NCBI GenBank assembly: GCA_051362555.1
Contig: CM120640.1
Location: 60,118,788 to 60,182,787 of the forward strand
DNA from: Lingula anatina
Taxonomy: Eukaryota; Animalia; Brachiopoda
DNA length: 64,000 nucleotides
Direction: 5' to 3'
The notes beneath the pieces were generated by a model. The model was not told where the DNA came from. It saw only the letters and a program-made list of their open reading frames with translations, and did not search any database. Shown piece by piece: positions 1 through 12,700 of the stretch (position 1 is its first letter; the number at the start of each line of letters is the position of its first letter). Position numbers and translations under genes: made by a program.

Positions 1-429
1 CAAAAGCATCCTTTCTTAGTAGTCCATCAATTCACTCATATTACTTGCATCTTTATTGTTATAAATTTAGATAATGATCCAATAAAATAGATAATTTCAA
101 TATAATTTCTTAATTTTGGAAAAAAAAGTTTTTAAAAATTTATAATGAAAAAAAAAAAAGCCTTGATTACTGATGAAAAATTGATAATTTTTTTTTTAGT
201 ATTTCATTATTATAAAAAAATATTATTGCACATTGGATGAACCTGATAAAATTCATGATGCCATAAATACATTATGCTCAAAACTGAAGTTTTTGTAGGA
301 ACTTTTATATCAGTTTTTGTCCATAAAACATATTAATTTCTTCAATATTACTTTAAACATAAAGCAAAAGTTTTTAATAACATTTTACACAGACTGTAAC
401 AAGTTTATTAGATAAAAATAAATTCTCAC

Positions 430-2126
430 CACAATTCTCAACGTCGTCATAGACCTGCGGCAAGCAAGTTAGGATTCCATCGTAACAGTAGCACATATTA
501 CAGCTCACCTGTTCCCATTCCCTGTGTTCAGTATCGCCACAGGGACGACGACGATGTTTGTGCTGGCAGTAGCGACCGTGATATTTCCTGTAATGTTGAC
601 GAATGAAGGTGTCAACGAGGGTGTCAACGAAGACGAACGTCCTCTTTACACTACACAATCAACACTGATCTCATCATGTTCTATGACAAACTGTCTTATA
701 ATATACCATCTTTCAATAAAAAGCCAATGCAGAACATTTTAGCTAAAAAGAAAACTCACTTTGGACATTTGCAAAAACTGCCCAAAACGCAGATCCCGCC
801 ATTTTCACAGCAGTCGGTACGGTAGTTGGTCTTCAGTATATGAGGCCCTACAACATTAGATGTGATAAAGAGCCGATTTGTCAAGATTTTAAGTTATCAA
901 AACAAAATCTAAAATGGGATATCTAAAATGCCAACAAACACACCAGCTTGGAATAAGGACAGAAAACATAAAAATAAAAATAAAACCTGGAATTGTTTCA
1001 CCACCTACAGTAGTCAGATGCCAGTAAAATGTTAATAATTTTCAGTCAATATTTCCTTTGTTTTCCCGACATTTGTACAACAGATTTCACCTGAATTGGC
1101 CCCCGTACTTTGCGCAAATGTTATGTAATTGCCATTTAAAGAAGGTAAGCCCGTCTTATTGAGCTATACAGCCGATTGCTTTAAATCCGTTAACGAGGTA
1201 ACGAGGTGCGTTTCCTCAATAAGAATTAATAGAAATTCGGGGGCTCCTAGCAAGGGGATCACAATTCAGGCAAATCAAGTGGAAAATGTCACTTTCATGA
1301 AATTATACAAAAATATTAATCATAGGCCTTTGTAGACCAATGTTTTGAAACTAGCATAAAAACAATATATGACTCCACAGTGTGAAGAAAACTCATGTTT
1401 TCGCTGCATATACCGCCGTATAATAGATGACCAAATTTCAACGATAGTTGAATGCCATTTATTCTTGAACGGCAGAGTTGCCAACATTACAGGCCTCAAA
1501 ATGCGTAGATTTATTGCCTAACGTCTAATTGTTTAAAATACAATAACATCTGTAAACATTGAGAGTCTGTCTTAAACAATACGTAGAATACGCGTAAATA
1601 CGTAGAGTTTGCAACTTGGAACACACTTTACGTAACCTACGATTATTTAAGAAAAAAAAAACTCACCAGTCTTCGTAGTTTCGTTATCAGAAGACGACAC
1701 GTTTGCTGCCCATGATCGAGTAAGCGGGGTGATATCCAGTGTTTTTACAATATCCGTAAGAAACATACCGAAGAACACCAAGCATAAAAACAAGCTGAAA
1801 ACATGTGAATAAAATTAACAAGTAAAAGTAGCATTTACCTAGGACCAACGTAGTTTTACCACACCCGTTAAAGAAAAATAATCATAGAAACCAATGAGCC
1901 CACAAAAACAAAATGCACGTGGAAAGGGGATAGACTTGATTGACTGCCATACGTTTCCTTTGTCCACTCGTTTCTTTTCTCTTTTTTTTTTTCTATAAGA
2001 CTGAGATCTTGAATATAGCCTTTGAATTTTAAAGGTTTCCCCACGCGCAAGACGAAAACTTGTTTTTGGTTAAACAGCATTTTTTTATGAAGAACACACT
2101 TGCCTTATTTTCGACACCTCCGCCAT
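430..2126 (-). CDS. EGF-CFC family protein (Cripto/Cryptic/oep-like), multi-exon, 3' end not resolved
   Basis: Exons 2126-2104 (MAEVSKI, donor AG|GCAAGT), 1794-1667 (hydrophobic signal peptide SLFLCLVFFGMFLTDIVKT), 847-760 (EGF-like [17 protein letters not shown]) and 587-430 (KYHGRYC plus CFC domain CGDTEHREWEQVSCNMCYCYDGILTCLPQVYDDVENC, six Cys and HxxW). Phases join in frame. Matches the Cripto pattern CCxNGGTCxLGSFCxCP..F.GR.C...CG...H..W....C..C.C..G.L.C.P. Confidence 0.88.
1473..1619. mobile_element. short MITE-like element in EGF-CFC intron
   Basis: Imperfect terminal inverted repeats CAGAGTTGCCAAC / GTTTGCAACTTGG and internal repeated (A)TACGTAGA motifs. No TSD confirmed. Confidence 0.4.
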
Positions 2127-4848
2127 AAATCCATATCACAAGAATAGCAGCTAGTGATCTTCTGAATGTCGCACATTAATCTGGCAGGTCCTGACGTCTA
2201 CTTCACCATCTTAGCGAAGACAAGTGGTCTTGTCGCCGCACTTCGAATATCCGGTCTCATTACCTGTCTGTCACAATGCAGTTATCAACGAGTATAAGCA
2301 TAAGCACTTCAATATTGCATACTTAGATTTTTCGTAAAATCTACCTTAAACTTTATCAAGAGAATCCGTCTCCAGTTGATTGCAAACGTTTTACAATGTC
2401 TGTATCTTACTCTTTTGCGCCGCCTCTGACTCGTCCAGTATACAGGTATGGCCAACAAACTGCTTAAGTCGTAATCTTGAACAATTAACACATTGTTAAG
2501 GACATAATACAGATGACGTAATGCCGAGGTAACTGGCAGATTTTAATGACTGTCGCTTCAGAACCATTCATGCCGTTCATATAGGCCCGAATATATGAAA
2601 GATCTCAACACAGGTCTGAAAGACTAGATGTGTTTTTCATCGTTTACCATTAGTAAGTCTCACCTTTACCTATGAAAATAAGCCATTTTAAAAGATATGC
2701 TACAACTGAAACTTTGATATTGCTTTAGAAAAATTAACAATGTTAAGAGCATCGGTGCGGTCTCTAGTCTAAGCGGTGGCGTTTCTAGTAAAACTACCTT
2801 ACCCATCTTATCAATTTAGACGTCCAGTTCTGGTTTATTTTTCTTTTTGCGTTCATTAATCAAGGATATAATTTTTCATCTATAGATTAGATTTTATGCT
2901 GTGAAATGTACTGAATACTTTATGGATTTAGACGCTAAACAAAAATATTACCACTATATTATCCACTGATTAACTAAATTTTATTTCTATAACCATCAGT
3001 CTTTTCACTCGATCTGTCAATGACCGTTTTACCCTTCACAATTACTCGAGTTAGTGCATCCCCGTGTGTAAATCTTGAAACGTTTAAGCTACTAGGAATA
3101 CCATTCGCGCTTGAAATCGCCCAAAAGTCGTATTTTCCGCGGCCGCCTATGTATCCTTCAAACGGCCATGCAAAGCCACATATCATTCCCGTGTAAGACA
3201 TTTATTATTAAAAATGATAAAATCTCTCGAGCCAAAGTGCCTCATTTCCTTTTAAATGTACAAGAAGATCGTGCATAGCGATCTACGGGAAAATGACAAG
3301 CTAGTCATTTCAAACTAAATAAGAAATGTTATAAAACGTCGAATCCATGCAGGGAGGGATCGAAGTCAGTAGTTTAATTCATTCAGGTGGGAAAATATCG
3401 GAGATTGAGAGAAAAGTTGGCGGAAAATCCGTACAAACAATTTTTTATAATCATTTTCAATATCAAATTAGTAATTTCCATTTTTAAATAGTTGCTCTTA
3501 CGAGACCAATTGGAACGGGAAATGTTATCTGTCGGGGACCCCTTCAACGGCTTCCTTTCGTGATCAGAGGGGTCGGTTAATTTTTGCACATTATCCTGCA
3601 TATTCAAAATGTTGTGCTATTTAATTAAAAAAACTTTCGGCATGACTACTCTAGTAAAAGCTTCTGCCGTTTGAATAGTTGTTGTGGGATAAAATGAAAT
3701 ACTAGACAGCAAATGTGGGAAATATACAGATATTTAGCAAAACAAAGTCACCCTCGTTTCACTTTCACATAAGCAGGCATAGGGGCCTATTGCAGTAATT
3801 AATAACTTTTTTTTATAAATCCAATTATGTCGATTTTTGAAAGGAACCTGCATTTTTACCACATAAAGCCAATCAGCATAGATCTACTTGAAGTTTAAAA
3901 AGTTTGGCTCAAAGGCTAACACATGAATAAATCAATAATTTTTGTAAAAACGATCTGATATGGTTTGGCAGTTTTAGGGTGAATAGCAGATGAGTCGGAT
4001 TGCAAGGACAACAAATCAGATTGCCACAGCGACCAGAATATATATACAGATACACGCAGTGTCTGTATATAATTAAGTCTAGAAGTAATTGTATTCCATG
4101 ATACCCAACTAAAATGTTTTCTACGAAATGACAAGGTCCAAATGGATGTCTATTTTTTTTCCTTAAAAGCTATGTACGTGTAAGAATGTACGTGTAAAAA
4201 AAAAAATAATAATAAAAATAATAATAATAAAACTGTTACTAAAGGTTTATTACATCAGCTGAAATATGTAAGACTCATAAAAAACTTATCATTATATTCA
4301 AAATATACTTGGCCATCCCTGTACTTCAATATGCACTACAAATGCTCTTTAACATGTACAGCCACACCAATCCCTAAATAAAGCACGACACATTTTCGTT
4401 AATGAGGTATGTTATTAGATAAGAGTATATGATGCATCATTGGATCAGGCATGCATGATACAAACGTTTCCTGCTAAAACATCTGCAAAATTAAGTGTCT
4501 CAAATGTGTATTCTATGGATAACTGCTAAATAAAATGAAATTTGGTTCAAAATTATTTCCAAAAAGGACACCAAAATATGTAGTTATTTCTAATTCAAAT
4601 GAGAAAGTTGACAGATAGGAAAACTTAGCCTGCATAATTATGATGACAATATCTTTCAACATGGAACCAGCTGCTTGCACCCCACCTAATTTGGCAAGCG
4701 TAACATTAAAAATCATTATCATACCATCCTCTAATTTGTACTAAAATTACATCTACATTTATTAAAATACTTCGGAAACAAAATTTTTGTGAACAAACTC
4801 AAAATATGCTTTTTCTTTCAGTTAATAAGCAAACATACCTTTTTTTGC

Positions 4849-5108
4849 TGTAAGAGTTAAGTGGCACACTAACCTCGCATTACCCCGTTTTTATTTTTAT
4901 TTTTTATTCTGTATTGCGTAGTAAATATACAAATATCATTTAGATTTTTCATATTTAAGTAGATCGTTAGCATTTTGTTTTAAGTAGAGGTCAGCCGATG
5001 GGCTCGTTACTTGACCCGTGAGCGGCAAGGGTGGGCTGATCCCCCTTGATGAGCCTATTGATTAGTTTATTGGCCAGCGTATTTTCTTTGTGTGTGACCA
5101 CGCTGTCG
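4849..5108 (+). repeat. 5' LTR (3'-truncated)
   Basis: Similar to 8643-8877 up to GACCACGCTGTCG, then diverges. The remainder of the LTR and a PBS are not visible. Confidence 0.85.
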
Positions 5109-5299
5109 TGCACGTGTTGATGATGCTCTGGTGACCTCGCCGACGATGTCGAATGGTGCCTGCCGTAGGAAGACGTACCGGTTCAATGAAGATTTAGCTT
5201 ATTGACTTTATTTCTATTTTTATTATGCTGTTATTATATTGCTCTATCTGTTGATATTATATTGTATAATTTGCTGTTTATGCGCTGATTGCGTATACT

Positions 5300-6221
5300 A
5301 TGAAATGTATGGAGCCCCAGGATTCAGACCTTTCACTGCTGGCCAAGGAGTTGGATGTACTCCGAGGGAAGGTTCGGGAGCAGGAGGCGGAGCTGGCGCG
5401 GAGGAACGCAGAGCCTTCTACGTCCTCGAAAGTAGTTGTGCTGCCAGCGAGAAAGATCGAAAAATTCAAAGATGTGCCACAGAGGGCGACTGACATCGGC
5501 ATTGGGGAGTGGGTGGCCGAAGTCCGGGCACACGCCGCTAGTAACAATTTGAAGGGGGAGCGGTATGCGGCCTTCGTTATCGATCCACTAGGAGGCAAAG
5601 CCAAGTGGGAGATTCTTGGCAGGGGCGACTCTTTTAAGGAAGAACCGGAGGAAATATTCAAAACTCTCCGCCGTGTTTGCGGCGATGGCGCCGATTTACC
5701 AGACCTTCAGCAGCAGTTTTATTCCCTGGAGCAAGGTGCACAGGATCTTATCACCTGCTCGCTGCGACTAGTAGAGCTTTTTGGTCTCATCATAGAACTC
5801 GATCCAGCTTTCAAGCCTCGACGGGAGAGTGCACTGAAAAGCAGGTTTGCGGAAGCCGTTAGAGACAAAAACTTATGAAGAGAGCTCCGCCGCCTCAACA
5901 TATAGAGTGAAGAATTAAAGTTCTTCGAGCTGCGTGATAGAGCGGTGCAGTGGGTGGGTCGACCATCAAGCCTGACGAAACATGTGACAGTGGAGCAGAA
6001 CACCAGTGAATCTGAGCGGAGGTTGGTAGAGCTGCAGGAGGATATCATAAAAAACAGCAGGAACAGACTGGCCAGCTAATCCAACAGCTGACGTTCATCA
6101 AAGGCAAAAAGACCAGGGGACGCCAACAAGACGGGCCAAGACAGTGTTGGTCCTGTGGCTCGCTGGAACACTTAAGGCGGGACTGTACCTCGGGGGGCGT
6201 ACAACTACGCCGTTAAACTAG
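5300..6221 (+). pseudogene. gag: gag of the Gypsy element (disrupted)
   Basis: ORF 5300-5878 is broken by a premature TGA. A downstream CCHC zinc knuckle CWSCGSLEHLRRDC lies at ~6144-6186. Confidence 0.85.
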
Positions 6222-6347
6222 GCCGTTTAACTACGAACACCTGTGGTAGAGAGCCATACCACAGGTCAGTCAGACGGCGACGGCTCATTCTATAGAAAAA
6301 CGATCGGGAATTGTCCGGAGGTGTAACTAAAACTACAGGGAGTCGAC

Positions 6348-8600
6348 GTGAGGTGTCTGTTGGACACAGAGGCACAGGTTTCCACTCTGAAGGAGTCGTT
6401 CTACAACAAATTCGTCGCAGACAAGTGTAGGATGAGAAACGTGGACAACCTCATTAACATCAAGGCCTCCAATGGAAAGGACATCCCTTTCGTGGGCTAC
6501 GTCGAGCTGACCGTGGAAGCATTTGGCCACACATTCCATAACATGGGTTTCCTTGATGTAGAAGACCCAGGACGTCTAATGAGAGAAAGGAAAAGGTTGG
6601 TGCCCGGAGTTATCGGCTCAAACGTTCTGCGCGACATCAGCAGAAAATTGCCAAGGAACAGTTGTCCTGAAGAGAGGTGGAAGACCGTGTTGGCTCTGTA
6701 CGAGGAGCAGCGAATTGCGTCCAATGAGGACAACTTGATCTGCAACAGGTTGAGGGTGTCTGGAAACAGACCAGTGTTACTACCAGCCTGGTCGCTCCAG
6801 GTGGTAGAGGCCAGCGTGAGACCCTCTGAAGTTGCTACGAGGGAATCTAAGAGGAAATGGGGGCAGATTTCCCTACCCTGCAGACAGGGGTGAATATGGG
6901 CCCCACTCTCGTTACGGTGGAAAAATGTGGCACGGTACCATTTCAAGTGTCCATCTTTTCCGACGAAGATGTATACCTTAAACCAAGGACTCCGATTGGT
7001 TATTTGCGACCAGCGAGATCCATGCCAAATGTGAATGTTGTTCTCAACAATACCGAAGTTCTCGTAGTTGATAGTGATAGTGAGTGTAGTAGTAAATTAG
7101 TTGACTCTGTAGATCACAAAATCATGTCAGAGATGGATATAGGCGACTTGAATTCCCAGAGCATAAAGCAGTTCGAGGACTTAATTCAGCAGCATGAAGG
7201 AGTGTTTAACAAATCTGACAGTGACATTGGATTTTGAAGTTTAGTTGAACATCGTATAATTACGGAAGACGAGGTTCCATTGAGGGCAGCTCACCGCCGT
7301 ATTCCTCCCAAGAAGTGAGCAGAAGTGAGGGAACATCTAGAGCATGCCATGAGCAATAATGTGATCCGCGAATCTAGCAGTCCATATGCGTCGCCATTAG
7401 TACTAGTTAGAAAGAAAGACAATATAGCCTTAGACTGTGCGTAGACTACAGGGCACTTAATGCCAAGACAAGGAAAGACGCATACCCGCTACCAAAAATA
7501 GAAGAAGCATTGGATGCTCTGAATGGGGCATCTTACTTTTGTAGTTTAGACTTAGCTCACGGATTTAATCAAGTACCTGTTAGAGAAGAAGACATTGAGA
7601 AAACGGCCTCTAGAATTGGAACAGGAGGACTGTACGAATATGTGCGTATGCCGTTTGGTTTGACGGGAGCTCCCTCCACGTTCATGCGACTGATGGACAA
7701 AATATTCGGTGATCAGAATTTCCAAACATTATTGATATATCTTGACGACATCTTGGTTTTTGGAAAGACTTTTCAGGAAACCATAGAACGACTAGATCTC
7801 ATACTGACCAGATTAGGGGCTCATGGACTGAAGATAAAGCCTAAAAAATGCCAGCTTTTCAAAATCAAATTGCGATATTTGGGACATATTGTTTCAGAGG
7901 ATGGACTTTCTCCGGATCCAGACAAGATAGCAGTAGTGACGGGATGGCCAAGGCCTCAGACGGAGACACAGTTACGTGGATTCTTAGGAATGGTTGGCTA
8001 TTACCGAAGATTCATAAAAGATTTTGCAAACATCGCGGGACCCCTGCATGCCTTGATAGGAGGCCAGACTGCTTAAGTGAAAAAGAACAGGTTTCAAAAG
8101 CCATTGGGACTGAGTGCATGGGTTGGGTGATGTGACGAGGCGATGAACATCTTAAAAGAAAAGTTGACACAGGCTCCAGTATTGGGTTACGCAGATTTCT
8201 CTCATTCATTTATCTTGGAAGTTGACGCTAGCCACCTGGGGCTGGGTGCCAGGAAGATTTATTGGAAGAGCAGCAGGAAGATGAAGGTGAAGATTATACA
8301 ATTATGATCGAGGTCGATGGTGAAGACCAAATTCATGGGAACGAACTGGTCTCTCCTGAAACGGGTGCTCGATGCACAGCAGGGGAGCCGGAGACGACGG
8401 AGGTGGTGCGCAGGGGCAACAGAAGTACATCTGGATGGCACAATAACATAAATCACCTACCGCGTTCCAACATCCAGCAGGGTGCGGTTGCCAGCCCAGG
8501 CATCGATCCGTCTGTTTTAGCGAATTTGGCTGGGACCCAGCTATTTTCTTGCATGAATGTTGGCTGGTGGGCATCAGCAATTTTAATTGTACAGCTATGG
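6348..8600 (+). pseudogene. pol: pol of the Gypsy element: protease, RT, N-terminal RNase H; integrase missing
   Basis: Protease LLDTEAQVS (D-T-G mutated), RT motifs LRLCVDYRALN, SLDLAHGF, RMPFGL and YLDD, and RNase H start LEVDASHLGLGA cut off at ~8250. Several stops and frameshifts. Confidence 0.9.
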
Positions 8601-8642
8601 TTGTCACTGACATTGTGGGGCGGCAATGTGTTAGCAGGGGAG

Positions 8643-9121
8643 TGTAAGAGTTAAGTGGCACACTAACCTCGCTTTACCCTAATTTTAATTTTTTTTTTAT
8701 TCTGTATTGCATATTAAATATACATGTAAATATCGTTAGCATTTTGTTTTAAGTAGAGGTCAGCTGATGGGCTCAGTATTTGACACGTAAACGGCAAGGG
8801 TGGCCTGATCCCCCTTGATGAGCCTATTGATTAGTTTATTGGCCAGCGTATTTTCTTTGTGTGTGACCACGCTGTCGGCCTCTCCCCCTTTTGCCCCAAA
8901 AAGTTTAAGGCGCAATACATCTTTTGCGATGCAGATTTTAGTAGAGAACCAAGTTAAGGCTAGATACCAAGACTTGTATAGCCAATGTGTAATTGAGCCA
9001 AAGAAGTGACCGGTGCATAGTCTCTGCTGGGGGTCTTAGTCTATGCAGAGTGAATAACCGTAGAAACCTAAATTTGTCTTCTTATGTCATTCCACCCCGA
9101 GACCCACTCTCGGTGTCCACA
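8643..9121 (+). repeat. 3' LTR (full length, ~479 bp)
   Basis: Starts TG after the PPT and ends CA immediately before TSD TTGC. Confidence 0.88.
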
Positions 9122-9494
9122 TTGCAATGTTCCCATATTATCACAGTTATCACACTCAACAAAGGCAAAACAGATACAATATATCTCTTCATAAAATAGT
9201 CTGAACATATTCAACCACAAATCATACTAAAATATGAAAAAATTGTGATCATCTGACTAAAATTTTTGATTGGGTGTGGTTTACTTGATATCCTGTGGGC
9301 ATAACGCACTATATCCATACATTCTTTAATATGTAAATGAAATCCAAATGCATCAGCAATACATTCAAAATTTCATATAATGTTTTAAGAAATACAACAA
9401 AATCAGCCTAGTAAAACTGAAATATATCAAACTATATATTCAAAGAATTGCACAGAATTTTGGAGCTTTTCAACACTCCACTGTCCCTTGGTAG

Positions 9495-9496
<2 letters not shown>

Positions 9497-9566
<70 letters not shown>
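9497..9566. repeat. (AT)n microsatellite
   Basis: Pure AT dinucleotide run. Confidence 0.98.
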
Positions 9567-9570
<4 letters not shown>

Positions 9571-9705
9571 ATCTTCTGAAATTCACTCCATTTTGATTTT
9601 TTTATAAAGCCTTATTGCATTAACATTATAAACATTATATGCTATACCTGGATCATTAACAATTAATAAAATACAATATCTCAAAGTCATTACTCATGTC
9701 CAATC

Positions 9706-12700
9706 CTAAAGCTGATATCCCATTTCTTGAATCCACTTCAGACCTTCAACAGTGTTCCCTAAAAAGTAGCAATTTCATCTACAATTAGCATTATTTAAGC
9801 ATAACAGCACATGGTGAAAATTCAATAACCAGTTCAAAGCATTTTGTTTCTGATTTTCTTTGATATTTCATGAAGTATATTATTACAAAATGTTAATTAA
9901 TACCAGGTTTTGAATTCACTTTTCTTAATTGCATTCAAGTTATCAATTTCAATATCTCACCCCTTAACTCAAACATTATTCCCTTACCTTTAGGCTTATA
10001 CTCCAACCCTATCCAACCATCATAGCCCACTTCTTCTAGTAATTTAAACACATACTTGTAATTGATCTCTCCATCAGTGTTAGGTTCATGTCTGTCAGGG
10101 ACTTGGGCTATTTGCATGTGCCCTGGAAATGTTTCATATCATGTCAAGATATGTTATCTTGGCAAAGGAAAGTGGCCTTCAGAACAATAAGAAAAAAGTG
10201 CAAAAAAATTTCCTCCCCCTGAAAACACCTGTTCTGATCCATAGGATGCTGGCAGTACACTTAACATCAAATATGAAGCAGCATCATTCCATTGTAATAA
10301 TATTCAAGTAACTTAAAATATACACAGTTAGCACTGAAGAGCAACTAAACCAATCTTACCAACACATGGCATATACTCTTTTATCATGCCTGTTAGGTTA
10401 CCATGCATGATCTGGAGATGAAATATGTCCTGAAATAAAATAATCACTGTTACTGCATTTTTTAAGAATATTAAAAATTGATTTTAAACATCTCTATTTA
10501 GTGCGTAGTACCACTCAGTGCTACCTGTAGTTAACTATGAAATAAAGAATATTACCATTCGAATCAATCAAAAATAGCAATAGGACAAATTTACAACAAG
10601 ACATGAATGCAAAGAGCAGTCCTGGGGCTTACCAATTGCAGCTTTAAGTTAGGGTGGTTCACATTCTTGATACACTCCACAGCTGTTAAGAGAGTGATAA
10701 ACAATTTACTATATAATGTTATCAAAGAGTGTTTAAATGGAAAGAATAATTTTAAACATGAAAAAAAAGCAACAGACACTTAATGAGGATCTAAAAAAGC
10801 ATTGCGCTTTTTGTGAATCCCTTACCTCCTCTCATCCACTCTGTTCATCTATCTATCTAGCTAACTATACTCACTTCAGTTTCTCTATACTTGCCTTTTT
10901 CATAATTGTCCATGAAGTAACCTGGTAGGCTGATTTTTGAGTTAACTGCTTCAATCAGACACAAGATGCCTTCCTGAATGACAAATTCATCACAATACAA
11001 GTAAAAAAAAACTGAAAAATTATGAACTGCATGGGATTACAATTATTTGCATAACTGCTAAGTAAAAAGAAAACATCCCAAGATAACTCAATCATCAAAA
11101 TGTCTTCAAAAGCTGATCTTTTCCCTTAAGTGCTTTTAGACAGAAAAAAATGACCCTCACCTTCTGGAGTCTCTCAGCTGCATATCCAATGTTCTCAAGG
11201 TAAACATCCTTCATTGCTGTATCTATAAACTGAGTTTGACGTCCTGCCATTACATGCATTCTAGTTACAGAATAGATGTTAAATAACACTAGTAGATGCT
11301 TATATATCATAACTAAATAACCATTAATCAAACCAGAATAAAAGTACAAATTCTGAGCAGCAACCAATTACTTAAACAGAATACTGTTCAAAAGATAAAC
11401 CCAGTGTTCAAAGCAATAATAATAAAAGTACAAATTCTGAGCAGCAACCAATTACTTAAACAGAATACTGTTCAAAAGATAAACCCAGTGTTCAAAGCAA
11501 TAATAATAATAATAATATAATGTTTAAAATCCATTTGAAATTTAAAATGTAAGTAACACTGTCCCAGTCACCAGGGCCATAAACTTGCAGAGATAAGAAT
11601 ACTTATAATACACATTATTAGACTATAAACAAACAAAAATACAAAAAGATATCTGATAATTGATCTCTTGAGATAACTTACACACACACACACTGATCTT
11701 ATTAATGAACAAAATGAACAAATAATAACATGCTGATATTTTGTCAGTTTTATGAAACTAATTATTTTGGTTCAAAGGTTTGAACAAATGAGAGAGACAG
11801 AGAGAGAGAGAGGGTGATCTCATACCTTTTACATCCCAGTGCCTTGGCATACTGTATTGACGTTTCCAACTTTTCTTTAAACTCTGACCTACGACTTGAA
11901 ATGGCTGCTATGCCAATATCTCCACCTTTTAAGTCACCTTAAAATAATAATTTAACATAAACCACTGTACTATTTATGGGTTAGGCTCACCTGTAACTGT
12001 GACTTATAGTTGGTTGCATGTTAAGTTTTGCCACCTCTCAACAACCAAAGTTTCTAATAAATCTTATTAGAAACCATGCTTGTAAAAAAAAATAATGATT
12101 TTAACATCCAAACCCAATATAGATGTGCAAATTATGTTACCAGCATGCTCTTTAAAAATTTAATGGACAGATTAGAAACTGTTTGATTATTTTAGGATCC
12201 CACGTGAAGAAGTTCATATCAATGTTTCACTGTCCTGGAACCATGGAGAATAAAAAAAAAAAACACAATAATCTAACACCAAAAAAGGAACATACATTAC
12301 CATTACAAATGGCAAACTTTCAGCTGCAGTAGTGATTTTACTCACTCTGAAAATTCAATCTGCACTGGTTTACCATTACTGAATCACTACAACATATTTG
12401 GAACATGATAAAAAATAAAAAAATATATGACCCAGAACTTTACCATTTACAGTAGGCTCTTTACATAATGGTAAAAATTAAATGTGGATGTAAAATTGAG
12501 ACAGTCGTGGAATTTTGTTCAATACACTTACATATTTAAAAAACTGAACAAAACTTCAAATTCATTTTTTTTTTTTTTTGACACCTCAGCATGTGAAATG
12601 CACCAATAATGGGTTTGGGTGTTAAGAGCCACAATAAAAAACAGTTTAGCGTACATGTACTATGAACATGTTGTCCATTAAAATATTTATATTTGGCTTT

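Larger units (their letters stand above)
4849..9121 (+). mobile_element. Ty3/Gypsy LTR retrotransposon, degenerate and internally deleted
   Basis: TG...CA ends, 4-bp TSD TTGC (4845-4848 and 9122-9125), repeated LTR start TGTAAGAGTTAAGTGGCACACTAACCTCGC at 4849 and 8643, polypurine tract AGCAGGGGAG just before 8643, and gag-protease-RT-RNaseH order. Confidence 0.95.

Noticed and set aside
16-50. Possible terminal EGF-CFC exon (DASNMSELMDY*)
   Set aside because: It is in phase, but the acceptor is weak and there is no GPI-type hydrophobic tail. The true end may lie outside the window.
8262-8654. 130-aa ORF with a hydrophobic end as a possible env gene
   Set aside because: Better explained as the acidic C-terminal remnant of pol running into the PPT/LTR. 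No signal peptide or env motifs.
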